From NCBI GenBank assembly GCA_964658305.1, contig OZ210884.1, forward strand, positions 3,162,001 through 3,226,000: a DNA stretch of 64,000 nucleotides, written 5' to 3'. Positions 39,901 through 51,353 of the stretch are shown one piece after another; position 1 is the first letter of the stretch; every line of letters begins with the position of its first letter. Source of the DNA: Leptogorgia sarmentosa. Lineage: Eukaryota. The notes beneath the pieces are model-generated. The model was not told the DNA's origin, did no database searches, and saw only the letters and a list, made by a program, of their open reading frames with translations. A program made the translations under genes and the position numbers.

Positions 39901-42099
39901 TATAAACTTCGTCATGCATGTGTGATCTCTATATGTCATCAGGCTCTTTATCTGCGTGCAGATCGTGCAATATTTATACTCTTTAAGGAATAGAAAACAT
40001 TTTCCATGTTTACATCGAGTTATGTAAACACGAGTGCAAGTTTGGGAGAACGAGAAATGTGTGCAAACCCGAGCCCGAAAGGCGAGTGTTTCCACAGATT
40101 TCGAGTTCGCCCAAACTTGCGCGAGTGTTTACATAACTCATGTTAAACATGGAAAATGTTTTCTATTCCTTTTATAAAATAACACGATGACAAAAGCGGA
40201 ATAACGCAATAGCGAGAAGCAGCGGGAAATAGCTGTGTGTTTACATAATCTCACATCTACACGGCTGTTATGTTAGATTACATAATATGGTTATTAACGC
40301 CTTATCAACAGTCTGCAGCTGAAATTGTGCTACTTATTCTTCTGCCTTTGTAAGGAATCCATTTAAATAGCTATTTTGAAAGTTCGCTGATTCAATAAAG
40401 GTTCACGATAACTAGCTTCTATATGTAACCAATCTTTAACTCGCAACATACAGGGTGAGTCCGAAAATCCTGATGCCTTTGAAATTCAAATTAGCTGCGT
40501 TTCATCAGTACGATAAATAAAATACACCTATACTAAAATAACCTGTAGTTATAAATTAAGATTTTGACATTTCATGTCAACATTGACCAATGAATCCTGA
40601 AATGTAGCTACTGACTCTGTACTATACATTGTTATTACAGTAGCGTAGCCAGCCCGACAATTTGGTCATGCTATGCAAATTTCACATACTTATCATTATT
40701 CATTTCTTTAGAAATCTATTTTTTTTACTGTCTATGAACATAGTCAAATTTGCATAGCATGACCAAATAGTTGGGCTGGCTACGCCACTATACATTGAGA
40801 TCAATAAGAAATTACACTTGTTTTCCGCTTATTCCCCATGTGAAAAAATAATGCACTTTTGATAATTGTAATACCATTAATGCTTTTTGCCCTATTTCGC
40901 TAAATGCTGCAATTCTTCATTAATACTGTCCGACTCATTTCGCTGTGTCATTTTAGATTACGATGAATGTAATACGACAGTGGATTTCCATACAGAAATT
41001 TGCGGGAAGAATGAAAAATGTGTAAATACAGCACTCAGTTTTCGATGTCAGTGTAAGGAAGGATTTGAAAACAATGGTACTGCATGTGTCGGTGAGTTTA
41101 TACTTGTATTCAGGTGGCTCATAGTTTATTCATTGTTTTAATTGAAAACTGAAGAAAAAATCATGATCTAATCCTATATGCGTTCATATATTAAACAAAG
41201 TTCTTTTCTTTGAAGCTAAGGAAGACGGTAATGAAATTCTGCTCGTGGCAGTCATTGTCCCGGCGGCTGCTGCTTTTATTATACTGCTCGTTGCAGTCAT
41301 TGTGATTATTAGAGTAAAGTAAGTGATATTAATATTGTAAATCAAGAAGGAAACTTTTTCTAGTGCCACATTGCACGACCCACACTCCTGCTCGTGCTCG
41401 TGCTCGTGCTCGCAGGGCTTTGTTAAGGATTTTTTAGTGGGGGGGGGGGGGGGGGCAAAACCAAAAAGAGACTTTAGAGAAGGATAGAAATGTCATTATA
41501 AAACATGCAAGATGGAAAGGAAAGGGAAATAATTATAATTACAATCAATAAAGAAAATTTTTGGATTTTTGATCTCCCTATAGGCTTAATTAATTTCTTG
41601 CAATTTCAGCATAATTTTCGCACATTTTCAGACAGAAAGGAGCTGCTAAAAGCTACCAGGAGGGCCCAAATTCCTTCAGTGGGGTCTGGGGTGAGGCGTG
41701 CTCGTGCTCATGAGGCACGCCTCCTCGATTTTTAAAATCAAATCCTTCCATCTTTCAGGGCCGTCGCTAGGCATATTTATAATATTGATGATCTGCGCAA
41801 CGGATTTCTTGAGAAATTAATTCAAAAACAGCGTGTTTCAAACGAAATCGGTCGCGCAGAACACAAATATTCAAAGTTGCACTCCCCCCTTAATTAATTA
41901 GCGTTCTGGGGACGCCCCTGCCTCGTTGGGACTCTTGTAGACGTTAGAGATGAAGCACAATGCCATGCGTACTTTTTGCTCAACTGCAGTTCTATGACTG
42001 TGTTTCAGGATTAAAGACAAGAAATATGAGGAGGAGGAGGTGTATGAAACTCATGGCAAAAGTCCAGTCATGGAATTCTATTATAAAGATGATATAATA
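728..42099 (+). CDS. Gene 1: multi-exon transmembrane mucin (SEA / PTS micro-exon arrays / calcium-binding EGF / TM / cytoplasmic tail), MUC13-like architecture; 5' part lies upstream of the window
   Basis: About 85-90 AG..GT-bounded exons join in frame with consistent phases from 728 to the TAA at 42097-42099. They include 5 SEA domains (first partial), 8 clean EGF exons and a hydrophobic TM exon. Confidence 0.9.
1080..11470. repeat. Tandem repeat, ~340-bp unit (micro-exon plus intron), with higher-order periods
   Basis: Recurring blocks such as gaaaaccagcgattcctttcatatttccatgg and aaagtctggtttgatttt. Identical spurious ORFs recur at offsets 4807, 4125 and 682. Confidence 0.97.
1183..11435 (+). 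CDS. PTS micro-exon array A: 31 exons of 48 or 45 nt, one per ~340-bp tandem unit
   Basis: Examples: 1183-1230, 1558-1605, 1789-1836, 2138-2182 and 11391-11435. Each is ttttag|...ccag|gtaa, phase 1-1, with no stops seen. Consensus is about VVSSTP(I/S)(S/P)SIVTTTEP. Confidence 0.85.
12033..12148 (+). CDS. SEA domain 2, exon 1
   Basis: ctatag|AT GCT...GTG GAG|gtatga, 116 nt. Encodes [39 protein letters not shown], with the SEA-like Y..N..S.EY pattern. Confidence 0.87.
12349..12416 (+). CDS. SEA domain 2, exon 2
   Basis: ttgcag|TGC...TTA TC|gtaagt, 68 nt, phase 0-2. Encodes [23 protein letters not shown]. Same length as the middle exon of SEA 3-5. Confidence 0.85.
13391..13566 (+). CDS. SEA domain 2, exon 3
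   Basis: 176 nt, near-identical to 728-903; PGSVIVD motif; gtatgt donor. Confidence 0.88.
13745..24455. repeat. Tandem repeat, ~338-bp and 243-bp units, same family as array A
   Basis: Recurring gatttcatttgataaaaatgtgaaattatc...cactaaagaataaaactatcaattttag. ORF-track repeats at offsets 1598 and 243. Confidence 0.97.
13847..24359 (+). CDS. PTS micro-exon array B: about 33 intact exons of 48 nt (one of 45 nt) plus one acceptor-less unit
   Basis: Examples: 13847-13894, 14190-14237 and 24312-24359; ttttag|tagtgtcgacaacgccaatttcatcgattgagacaacaaccgggccag|gtaac. Consensus [16 protein letters not shown]. Confidence 0.85.
24922..25041 (+). CDS. Calcium-binding EGF exon lacking an in-frame AG acceptor (possibly a pseudo-exon)
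   Basis: [40 protein letters not shown] with 6 Cys and a G|gtacgg donor. The phase-1 acceptor position reads tttcatg| rather than ag|. Confidence 0.55.
25544..25625 (+). repeat. ~80-bp GC-rich dispersed repeat (second copy at about 29487-29568)
   Basis: gcgccgtccgggcgtta..ggcgagggt.ataattc.gcacggctatttgcacccgg.taatgggcagcatagc occurs twice. Confidence 0.8.
26561..26683 (+). CDS. Calcium-binding EGF exon
   Basis: ttctag|...G|gtgagt, 123 nt. [41 protein letters not shown]. Confidence 0.92.
27077..27155 (+). pseudogene. Truncated EGF exon remnant
   Basis: ag|[26 protein letters not shown] has only 3 Cys. Similarity is then lost and the frame ends at a TAG that is the next exon's acceptor. Confidence 0.7.
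27205..27324 (+). CDS. Calcium-binding EGF exon
   Basis: ctttag|...G|gtttgt, 120 nt. [40 protein letters not shown]. Confidence 0.88.
27717..27854 (+). CDS. Calcium-binding EGF exon
   Basis: ttttag|...A|gtaagt, 138 nt. [46 protein letters not shown]. Confidence 0.92.
28044..28957 (+). CDS. SEA domain 3 (exons 28044-28159, 28447-28514, 28773-28957)
   Basis: Exons of 116, 68 and 185 nt with canonical sites. [39 protein letters not shown] / [23 protein letters not shown] / [32 protein letters not shown]... Confidence 0.88.
29167..29289 (+). CDS. Calcium-binding EGF exon
   Basis: ctttag|...G|gtacga, 123 nt. [41 protein letters not shown]. Confidence 0.92.
30062..30931. repeat. Long near-perfect inverted repeat (416-bp arms, 38-nt loop), foldback/MITE-like, intronic
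   Basis: 30062-30477 is the reverse complement of 30516-30931. The same 62-aa spurious ORF appears on both strands (30113-30301 minus, 30692-30880 plus). Confidence 0.95.
31045..31180. repeat. Short imperfect hairpin element
   Basis: ataaatatatgttatttacca...tggtaaataacttatttat arms around a GC-rich ggcccgaggccaaaggcc core. Confidence 0.5.
32266..32397 (+). CDS. Calcium-binding EGF exon
   Basis: tatag|...A|gtatgt, 132 nt. [44 protein letters not shown]. Confidence 0.92.
32894..34699 (+). CDS. SEA domain 4 (exons 32894-33009, 33944-34011, 34515-34699)
   Basis: Exons of 116, 68 and 185 nt. [39 protein letters not shown] / [23 protein letters not shown] / [41 protein letters not shown]... Confidence 0.88.
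34972..35653. mobile_element. Non-autonomous DNA transposon (MITE), 682 bp, 281-bp TIRs, TTAA target-site duplication
   Basis: TTAA|ggttacaggagaccctacgc...gcgtagggtctcctgtaacc|TTAA. The paralogous site at about 40141 (tgTTAAacatgg) is empty, with a single TTAA. Confidence 0.93.
36205..36365. repeat. Hairpin repeat interrupting a smaller TIR element
   Basis: gaagatatgaattttatcttc..gtggtgaaa / tttcaccac..gaagataaaattcatatcttc arms. It begins where identity with the 40.7-kb copy ends. Confidence 0.7.
36741..36857 (+). CDS. Calcium-binding EGF exon
   Basis: ttttag|...T|gtgagt, 117 nt. [39 protein letters not shown]. Confidence 0.92.
37420..37551 (+). CDS. Calcium-binding EGF exon (paralog of 32266-32397)
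   Basis: 132 nt. [44 protein letters not shown]. Confidence 0.92.
38342..39874 (+). CDS. SEA domain 5 (exons 38342-38457, 39013-39080, 39690-39874)
   Basis: Exons of 116, 68 and 185 nt, close copy of SEA 4, splice sites intact. Confidence 0.88.
39985..40171. mobile_element. ~190-bp hairpin MITE-like element; the second copy at about 34810-35682 is split by the TTAA MITE
   Basis: aaggaatagaaaacattttccatgttta...taaacatggaaaatgttttctattcctt terminal inverted repeats, with further internal symmetry. Confidence 0.75.
40638..40790. mobile_element. Small TIR element
   Basis: tagcgtagccagccc..atttggtcatgctatgcaaattt / aaatttgcatagcatgaccaaat..gggctggctacgcca arms. No clear TSD. Confidence 0.65.
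40957..41091 (+). CDS. Juxtamembrane EGF exon
   Basis: ttttag|...G|gtgagt, 135 nt. [45 protein letters not shown]. Confidence 0.92.
41216..41318 (+). CDS. Transmembrane exon
   Basis: ttgaag|CT AAG...GTA AA|gtaagt. [35 protein letters not shown] has 25 uncharged residues followed by basic residues. Confidence 0.9.
42009..42099 (+). CDS. Terminal exon, cytoplasmic tail
   Basis: tttcag|G ATT..., phase 2 matches the TM exon. [29 protein letters not shown] then TAA TAG. An AATAAA lies at about 42545. Confidence 0.8.
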
Positions 42100-44213
42100 G
42101 AAGATATGCTCTGATTCTTGATCAGGTTTACTTTACTATTACAATCATTTTTCGAATAGTTGACGAAAAGTAATTAATATACGCAAAATAATCATTCATA
42201 GATGGTAGGTAAGTGATCCACAATTTAATATATCCGCAATCAATTGTGGTGTTTTGATTAAGCATAACAAAAACCTACACGTAAAAATATATACACAACA
42301 ATTTTCAACACAAAAATAGCAGTTTTCTACTTGTATACATCATATATGCCAAATAATACTTAACGATAAGGTCATAAAATACGTATAATAATATCACTGC
42401 AATGTCGATTATTGGAGAATGATGCAAATTGGTTGACGCACATTCCAAATGACGTTGTAATTTGTAATGAACGGTCCGCCTGTGCATTTGCACTACAGTT
42501 TTCTCAGTGTAATGTTGAATTAAATTGTTAGGAGTTGCACTAATAATAAAGTTAATGGGGACTTATTATCGTTTGGTGTTTTCCTACTCTTTTTTTATTT
42601 TTTCTATCTTTGAATAACTTTTGATGATTTTTTCTTTTTACACATCACACGTGTTTTTTTTTCCAAAAACATTGTCGCGACGAATTAAGGTCTTTACGTC
42701 GGAAATTCATGCATCGCTGCATACACTACCGTTTTTCCTCGTAATATTAGTTTATCAAACTTAAAATGTAGAATAATGTCAATGCATTTAGCTTCGTTGC
42801 ATTTACCTACTGCCGTCCTTGAAGATATGCAAATTCATATTCCGGAAATCTCGGGGTGTATAGTATCGGGGTGTAGCATATCACAAACATTAGTGATCTT
42901 ATTTTGAGTTTCGGCTCAATTCGTTTGATTGCCTATAGCTAGGATATAACTTTTGGGAAAGGAACACGCTGAATAGCAAAGGGCACTTGAACTACTCAAA
43001 CGTGATAAGAGCACTTACTTGAACAACGTAAATCACTTGAAAACAACCACTTTAACCACTCGATAAATAAAGATCAATTGAAAGTAAAGATTCGAAATTA
43101 TCATGAATATTCTATCAATGTGGGTTACGCTCGGTGCACCGATTATAATATGTCAATTGCTGTTTGCCAAACAACAGATCTGTTAAAAGAAATGAATAAA
43201 TTATTGCGAGAAAAACTTTGATATTTAGCCAGTATATCAAGCCGCATGATTGTATCAATAAGGAACAAATTTTCTACAGCATGCTGAATTAAACTAATTA
43301 ACTTTTATACGAGTCACACTTCCAGCCTTGGCTAGATCTTATTATAATCGTTTGGCTGGCATCAGTACCGCATTTGGCGCTTCTTTATTAAGAAAAGCTA
43401 ATATCTATCGGATTTCGCTACCGAATCGCTCATTGTACGCTCAAGACAGCACGAGGAACTGGAAGTATAGAGATATAACAAAGCCTGTCTAAACGACACT
43501 GGCAAACACACAATTACCGTTTTATTGTTTTCAGCTAGCCCCTTGGCATTTGGTCAGAATCAACGAGTAACATCAAAATATATGCAGTGAAAATAATTAA
43601 ATTGGGGCCATTGAAAGTTTCAGGTTGGCCGTCATGCAATGCATTGCCGTGATTTATCGCTTCCACTAGAATTTAGATTCGTAAATGCAATCTAGCCGAA
43701 CTAATACCTTGAATATTTTTAACGAAATAACTGTATCTCATGAGGGTGTCATGCCCGCCAATTTGGCAAAATTTTGGCAAACGCTTAAGCAATCGTGAAA
43801 AACAAAATTACTGAAATACCCCAAAATATTGCATGTTGGAATCGACTTATTTTTGATATCCGGGATTCCTAGATTTTACTTTCCAAGACGCCCAAATCCC
43901 ACATGACAGTTTCTAATCTTTAATTCAGCTAAAAACACTTTTCCTGATCATTGAGAAATATTGATTAGTGTCTTTGTTTAGAAACTGGCTCGTGAAACGA
44001 CGTCGGATGCCAATTATAACTAATTTTTCAGTTGGCGTATAAATTAAAAGAACAGTCGAATTATATTACGAGAGACTTCGAGAGAACAGCATGCCAGGAT
44101 TTACAAACATTGACTTTAACATTAAATACAGGACGTTGTAATTCTAACAAGTAAACAAAATGTCAGCTGTGAAAAAAACAAGAGCATACGAAAATTCCAA
44201 ATTATCTTTGTTG

Positions 44214-44573
44214 TACTCTCTAGCTAAAAACGATTGAAAATTCAATCTATTTATCCGTAAAAACAATCTCTTTGGGATTGTTCTTACGGATCAAACTTTT
44301 CCTTTATTGAAATCAATCCTACGCGCAATTTAAAGAAGTTTATTCCTGGTCTCCTATTGCCGAACACGCGAAGTTTGAGCAATATGATTGTCTGAGAATT
44401 TTAAATCCGTACGAAGATTGAAATGATTCTCAGTCGTCTTTATCCACTGACATACTTTCAATCGAATTGCACACTGAAAGAGTATTTTTCAATCTAAATT
44501 CGATCTATTAGACTGACTTATTTTTCAAACTGTTGAAAGATTCAAATTTTCAATCTTTTTAATTGCGAGAGTA
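44214..44573. mobile_element. MITE-like element, copy 1 (TA-bounded, imperfect ~30-bp TIR)
   Basis: tactctctagctaaaaacgattgaaaatt...aattttcaatctttttaattgcgagagta. A second copy lies 0.6 kb downstream. Confidence 0.7.
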
Positions 44574-44837
44574 AATGTTTAGGTAACAGTGGAAAATAAA
44601 AAATCTATCAAATGTATCATAAACGTGTAACGCGTTATTAAAGTTTAAAACATCAAAAGGACAATACGATTCCATATCCTTCTCGTTCCTCAACATTGGG
44701 TTCCACTATTAAATAGTCTGTTGTTTCGTGAGAAGAATCGGCAATATCCTCTGATATATCTGTTCGTATCATTCATGTTATATAATAGGAATTGAAAAAT
44801 GTGCTAACCTTCCTGGCTGAAAAGACGTCAGACGTAT

Positions 44838-45256
44838 TACTCTCTAAATTCCAATGATGGAAATTCAAACTATTTATCGGTAAAAACAACCTATTTGGTC
44901 ACTGTTTTTACGGACCAAACTTTCTCTAATGAAAATCAATTCTATGGGCGATTGAAAGAAAAATCAATATAAAAGTGTGACTTTTCAATCAAATTTCAAT
45001 GGATTTTCGATTTTAAACAAGCTTATTCTTGGCCTGCTACTGCCGCGCACGCTAAGTTTGAGCAATATGATTGGCTTAGAATTTTTAATCTTTACAAAGA
45101 TTGAAATGATTCTCTGTCGTCTTTATCCACTGACATATTTTCAATCGAATTGAACACTGAAAGAGCATTTTTCAATCTAAATTCAATCTATTAGACTGAC
45201 TTATTTTTCAAACTGTTGAAAGATTCAAATTTTCAATCTTTTTAATTAAGAGAGTA
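44838..45256. mobile_element. MITE-like element, copy 2
   Basis: tactctct...aagagagta ends. The 3' ~230 bp is highly similar to copy 1. Confidence 0.7.
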
Positions 45257-45670
45257 TCAAGGATCGATATTCTTCGAAACCTCGTTCAGTACGAAGGACG
45301 ATGGCAGCAGCCATTTTTACGGAGAAGACTGATGGACAGCGTTGGCTTAATCATCAACGTCCATCTAACCTTAAAACCGAGATAAACAAGAGTAGAGACC
45401 ACGAAAATCCCGACAAAAGACATTCCACAACGCTAGGTTAATGCCAACTCAATAAGCAATTGTCATGCAACCATATAATTATTTTCAAGTGTTAACAAAT
45501 TATGCTTTCATGGTCAATTACCACTCTTAACTTTTGTAATTAATTCTGAGTGGGAGATTATGAAACAGACAAAACTTTCTAGTCATTCTACGTAGGAGAC
45601 GCGGGTGGCCTAATTTAAACGCTGAATGCTTTGTACTGGTTTGTGGTCGAACATTCAATTGTTTACATAC

Positions 45671-45917
45671 CTTGTAACATTGAGTGAACTTTAGAGATTG
45701 CTACTTTCCTGTCTATTTGAACAAGTATAGTTTGTTTGACCGATTCATTGATTAGTTCTGTAAAAACCATAACAGCTGTAGTGCTTGAAGGTTGGACTTG
45801 GATACCCTTATAGTGATAGATACAATATTGGTCTGAAGCCACCATAAATATTATAACTATTATGATTGCTGAGATACTAGCTGTCAATTTCCTATTATGA
45901 AGATAAAAACCCAGCAT
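45671..45917 (-). CDS. Candidate first coding exon of an unknown membrane-anchored protein
   Basis: ttttgtag|agtactATG, then 82 open codons with hydrophobic LTASISAIIIVIIFMVA after RK, ending at CAAG|gtatgt. No downstream exons were identified. Confidence 0.35.
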
Positions 45918-48900
45918 AGTACTCTACAAAACATAGATTTGAATAGCATTTAATTTTTTTAATTCAGTGACGCCTCGTCTTAAGTTAAAACATCTTCGGA
46001 TTAATTAGATTATAATTACAAGTAGAAATTTTATTAAATAGCTACACCAGCTATAAGGCTATTTACATAGTGTGCATGAGAGTACAAGGTCGAGATTTGA
46101 AAATGACGTACATTACCCGGGATTGAGAGAATAATATATGACGATAACATAACATACAGGAAGAGGCGAAGACGAAGGTTAGAAAAGGTTTAGAGGATTT
46201 GAACTACCATGAACGTTGAGCGACACTTTGGTCGTGCGGGCGGAGCGAACGATTTTAATCTCGATTTTAATCTCGATTTTAATCTCGTAAATAATCAGTC
46301 GCGCGGGCACGTCAAGAAACTTGAACGTAGTTCAACTTATAATCGTGTGCACGCCTGCAAAACCCGACAGAGAACGCTCAGATTTGAAACCTATAGCAAA
46401 AGTTTAAACATGTTCGCTCTGCGCGCACGGTAAAAGGAATGCAATATGAAACGGCTATGTCGATGTCTAGAAAGGCAGCGGCAAACTCAAATTTGGTAAT
46501 CTGAAAATGAGACTATAGAAATACATACTTGCAGCAACCCCTTGCTCGCCTTAAGCGCCTTTCAGACGACCAAGACAAGGAGAGTTAAGAATTTTATCTG
46601 CAATCTATGGCTGTGATCGAGAATTTACGACAGTTATCCGAGCATATTCGGCACAATTCGGCACGTTTTCGGCAACTTTTATAGCTTAATGCTTATGTAA
46701 CTGGATGATTATACTATAGAAGAAAGAAATATTTCGGACGTTTTTCCTTCTTGTGAACACGAATCGATGAGAATAATTAGGAAATGTTTTATTTGAATTA
46801 CCTTCTATAGACCTATTTTTGCTGATGTCAAATAATTAACATAGTAAATATTTATTCTAATGTCAAAGAAGCTTAATCTTGGGAAATCCTGAGTAAGAAA
46901 AATCTGACGGTGGCGCGAGACACTTCCGCCACGGTCTGGATCTGCGCCTGACGCTGCAAAATTTTATGCCAAACTGATTTACCCCTTCTTGGATTCGAAC
47001 ATTATATATGAATATGAAATCATTTTCATAAGCATGACTGCAATAACCTTGGTTAATTCATCAAAATCAGTTGTTGACTTTCTGTTTCCAAAACATATGC
47101 TGATCATTTCTGGTATACTTTAAAATTTACTGCTCTTGGCGAAACGGGTTGACGAAGATATGCGAGTTTCGATAGAAATTGGTTTGTTTTGCACAAGACA
47201 ACGGGGAGTCATGTCATTAAAAACATAGCGAATGAAAGACCTCTTGGATAACGATTCTATAGGAAGCAATTATAGAGCGATTAGACACCGAATTTGGAAT
47301 AGCTTTCTTTCAGAACATTGTTTATGAAATCCTTTATGTAAAAGCAACAAAAAATGTTCATTCATGATGGTGTATTGTACACATCTCGTGTTATCGAACC
47401 ACCGGAAACTCAGATTACCTTCTGGCAAAGTGCAACACAAACACGTGTTGTTATAGCTAAATAGCTACTTCTGTCGTTCATGAACCATTTAATTTATTCT
47501 CAAAGGCAAACCAACGCACGTTTGTCATAAAAGAGTCGATTCCTAGGGGACTTATTCTTGGAACTGCCTTCACAGAATATTTCAGCTAGAGTTGTCCACT
47601 GTGTCGGTTAAACATGAGACGAGAATAAAGTTTATATTAGGCGGAAAAACGGCATTCGTGAATATAAAAGCCTAAATCTCTCATGTCCTGATCATATCAT
47701 GCGAAACCAATTTTGAGCTTGGCTATTATCTCAAACGATATAATGCCATTATGGTGTGACTATATATTAATTTAGGTTTATTAACAACATCTTTTAATTG
47801 TCTTCTATATAATATTTTGTTCACAACCGATATTTGAAAAAATGCGCAGAGCACCCAGCCCTTTATTTTTCTACGGAATTTCATTTAGAAATCGAATGAA
47901 AATCAAATGTAGTATTGTTTTGCTATTTCTGAATCTCTTTATAATATTCTTTCAATCATTTAATTTCCCCACTGGAAATTATGGTATACAAATCGAAGCT
48001 TCATTTAAATTCCTGAAGCCCTCGAGTACTTATATCCGGAATGTTCTTTGATTTTTCTTTAAGGTTACCAAGCACTGCGGATGTCCAGCTGTTAGGGAGT
48101 TTAGTTCCAACTATTTTTTCGCAAATTTTCTATAATTAAAATTTCTACAAGATTCGAAATCACGGACATATTTCAAAGTCACGCTGAAGGCTGCATTCCA
48201 AGACTGCGTTCAAAGTGAGGTTCATGGAGTAGCGTTTCCTTTAAAGGTATGGTAGTGTACAATACAATACAATACAACAATACAATCATACAACTGGTTT
48301 ATTTAACGTTAAAAGTATATATTTACCTAGGCTACTACACAATGCTAATTACACACTGCTTTAGTTAGCTTGGATACAACACATTGTTATATCAATATAT
48401 TGCTAATCACATTGCTATTGCTAAGAAGATCCTCAGATCCTAAAATGTGTAAAATTAAATTAAATTTAGAATAAACATGTTGGCGATAGCGCCACGGATA
48501 TAAAAGAAAAATGCAAAGATGAAATTAAATCATAGTGTTTTAGGATTTGTTTATTGCCATTATCCCTTACAAGGTCTCGCAGTGTGGTAGCTTTATTTCT
48601 GCACATTCCGCTATTATATGCAGAGGGTTGCGCATAATTTGATGGCCTGATACCGCTAAAGGATTTCCGGCCAAACGTATAGTTCTAGAAATATGCACTT
48701 GTAGGTAGCTTTAAAAACATCTTCGTCCCCATACGAATAAATATATTGTACTTTGCTTTATAAATGTGACGAGTCTTTAGCGAAATCATTGGCGTTCGCA
48801 TAATTTAAGAATTAGCTACTTTAGTTATACATTTCATGTTTTATTTGTGTTCATGTTTACCAACATTTCATTCGTAAGGTATTTTAATTCTTTTTTGCAG

Positions 48901-51286
48901 TTGATAATTCGCTTATATGACTTTAATTTTCATTTGCTTTTGCTCATTGATTACGAAGTTATTTTCTTTATAAGTTATATGTTATAAGTTGTTCTGTATA
49001 ATTTTACTATAGACTATAGGCTGTACCACTCGTGCTACAAAAACTTAATCATTATAATAAATTTATCTCTTCTAATTTATAAAATTAATCATCTCTGGTA
49101 TTTACACTTGACATATAGATGTGAGGTTTGCTTGATGTTAATACATTGTAAAGGACTGGGACTATATAGCTGTCAGATTTAAATCAATTTTTCGATTGAA
49201 ACATCTGAATTCTCCCATAAAATGTGCTTTATTTCGATTGCATATTTTTTCTTGCATAGTTCTGATAACCAAACATAATATAACTTTAACAGATTTCGTA
49301 GAGAATAACGATAGCTAGATACGACCGAGTGAATATAACAAAAAGGATTCCTATTTGGAAACCAATTCTGAGTGCTGATTGGCAATCTTGTACTGTTCTA
49401 TAGTGTAATAACTGTTCATTCAAAGCCTAACGCTGGCGAGTTAATGCATATACGATATCATGAAAACGTCCGAACAATTTCTCCTAGAAATCTCTAATGT
49501 TCATTCAAATGGTTTTACTAGTATGCATTATATCGTAGGGCTAAATAGCTATATCAATGTCTATTTCGTAATAACTTGCGGATTTCCGATTGTTGTTTGG
49601 CAAAAACAAATTGGCGTATTATCATACTCGAAAAGACGTAACCCACATTAATAAAATATTTAAGATGGTTTTGAGTGCTTATACTTTGCAATTAATATGC
49701 AACAGAATGCATTATTTCTTTTACATAATTACTAGAAGATTCCGGGTGTAATTCAGCGAGAATTGCCCATCGCTATATAAGCTTATCAGACTTTTATGAT
49801 AACCATCTTCCATCGCTATATGCATGCATGAACTAATATATAAATACATAAACTTGAAGCACCATAATTTACATGAGTTCATGATAACCTTAAAGCATGC
49901 ATGTAAGCCTTTTAAAAATTTATGGAAATTTCTAATAATATGTAGCTATGCTCAAATTCACTTTAATTGTTGTGAATGCATCTCGATCCTTCTTCTAGTT
50001 TTTTTAAAACGAGGGTGACCGGTATATTATCCGACACTAGTTACCTTGAGGCGACTGTCAATTTTCAGATCTGATAACTTACAAAACGATGATTTCATAA
50101 TTTACCAAAGAAAAATTTAAATATAAACAAAATTTAATTTGAGGTAAATAAAACCTAAACTTCATAAAGAACCACACCGACATATTAATTAGCTACTATT
50201 TTTCGATTGAAACTAACGTTGTGCATTCGACGATTCAATAGAAATAAATTGATCAATTGCCTTCCAATGCTAGATGTAGTATATACTTTGTATACGATGA
50301 ATTGAAATTCTTGTTTGGTGCCTAAAACCAAAGATACGGCAAAACATCTGACACGTGTAACCCATGTGGACCTGAATTTAATATTCTGTAGGAGGAACCC
50401 TTCGACTTGAATGGAGTGAAATATGCAAATTCGTATGCAATATGCATTATATTAGCTAAATTCTATGTCCAATTTAATATCGATAGTTTAAAATTCGCGC
50501 GGAGACAACTTTGACTGTCCGCAATTGTCATCCAATAAATTTATTGGGTAAGGTATTAGCAAAATTTGATTGCGAATCGGTGCACAACTATGAAAAAACT
50601 ACATTACATTCTAGCCAAAACAGGCGGAAAAGGAGTCAGATTGTTCGCACGTATAAAGATAATTAAAATTATGCAAAATTTGCAAAATACAGCATTTCCC
50701 AATTAATTCATTTGCAGCTTCACGAACTTTATACGTCCCTCTTTCCCAGGTATATTAAAGGTTGCGTTCTGCCCTGAGTGTTAGATACTGGTCGAGCATA
50801 CTTAAATATAATCGCCACGTTTCAAGGTTTAAAAATACAGTAGCAGTATGAGGAATATCGGAAACATTCAGGACGCCAAATTAAACACACTGTTCACTTT
50901 TGTAGCCCCCTCCCACCGAAAAAGCCAATCTATCCTCGTTTCAAAACTGACTAACAGGGATATTTTTACAGGCGTTACGTATATATTTCGCAATATGAAT
51001 GTACACTCATCGATCTTTACTTCCGTTGTATAGCTGTTTCAAATTCGTTATATACTGCAAAGATTTCCAGCAAAGCTGACAGTTCACGACGGTAAATTTT
51101 GTTAAGACGAATTCGTGGTATTAGGCATGTGTCCGTAATCATAATTTTATCGATACCAATTTCCTCTGAGATGGTCGCAGGATGTGGCCATGGCAAAGAT
51201 TCAGCTCTCGAAAATAACGTCTATTACAATTTTTATTTGATTTAGTTATTACTGATATTATCGATGCTTCTTTTCTATTCACACAG

Positions 51287-51353
51287 ATGTCCTTTGGAGG
51301 GAAGATCGTCGCGATTTCGTTCCTTGCAATTTTGGCATTTCACAAAGTTGACG
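51287..51353 (+). CDS. Signal-peptide exon of gene 2
   Basis: acacag|ATG...GAC G|gtactg. MSFGGKIVAISFLAILAFHKVD has a basic n-region and hydrophobic h-region. The preceding acceptor implies an upstream 5' UTR exon. Confidence 0.72.

Larger units (their letters stand above)
38030..40690 (+). repeat. Recent intragenic duplication of about 32570-36197 (SEA 4/5 module with its introns)
   Basis: Long near-identical intron and exon blocks at offsets 5448, 5069 and 5175, differing by indels and the TTAA MITE. Confidence 0.93.

Noticed and set aside
41184..41369. Minus-strand Ala/Thr-rich ORF
   Set aside because: It is the antisense of the transmembrane exon.
41390..41920. (CTCGTG)n, a poly-G run and a possible CAGGG..CCCTG-ended small element in the last intron
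   Set aside because: Short low-complexity sequence with weak TIRs and no TSD found.
46251..46287. (GATTTTAATCTC)x3, plus small microsatellites at about 25103 and 48258
   Set aside because: Ordinary slippage repeats with no supporting functional context.
48152..48246. Possible plus-strand exon ending AAG|gtatgg
   Set aside because: It is isolated, has no recognisable peptide and has no linked partner exons.
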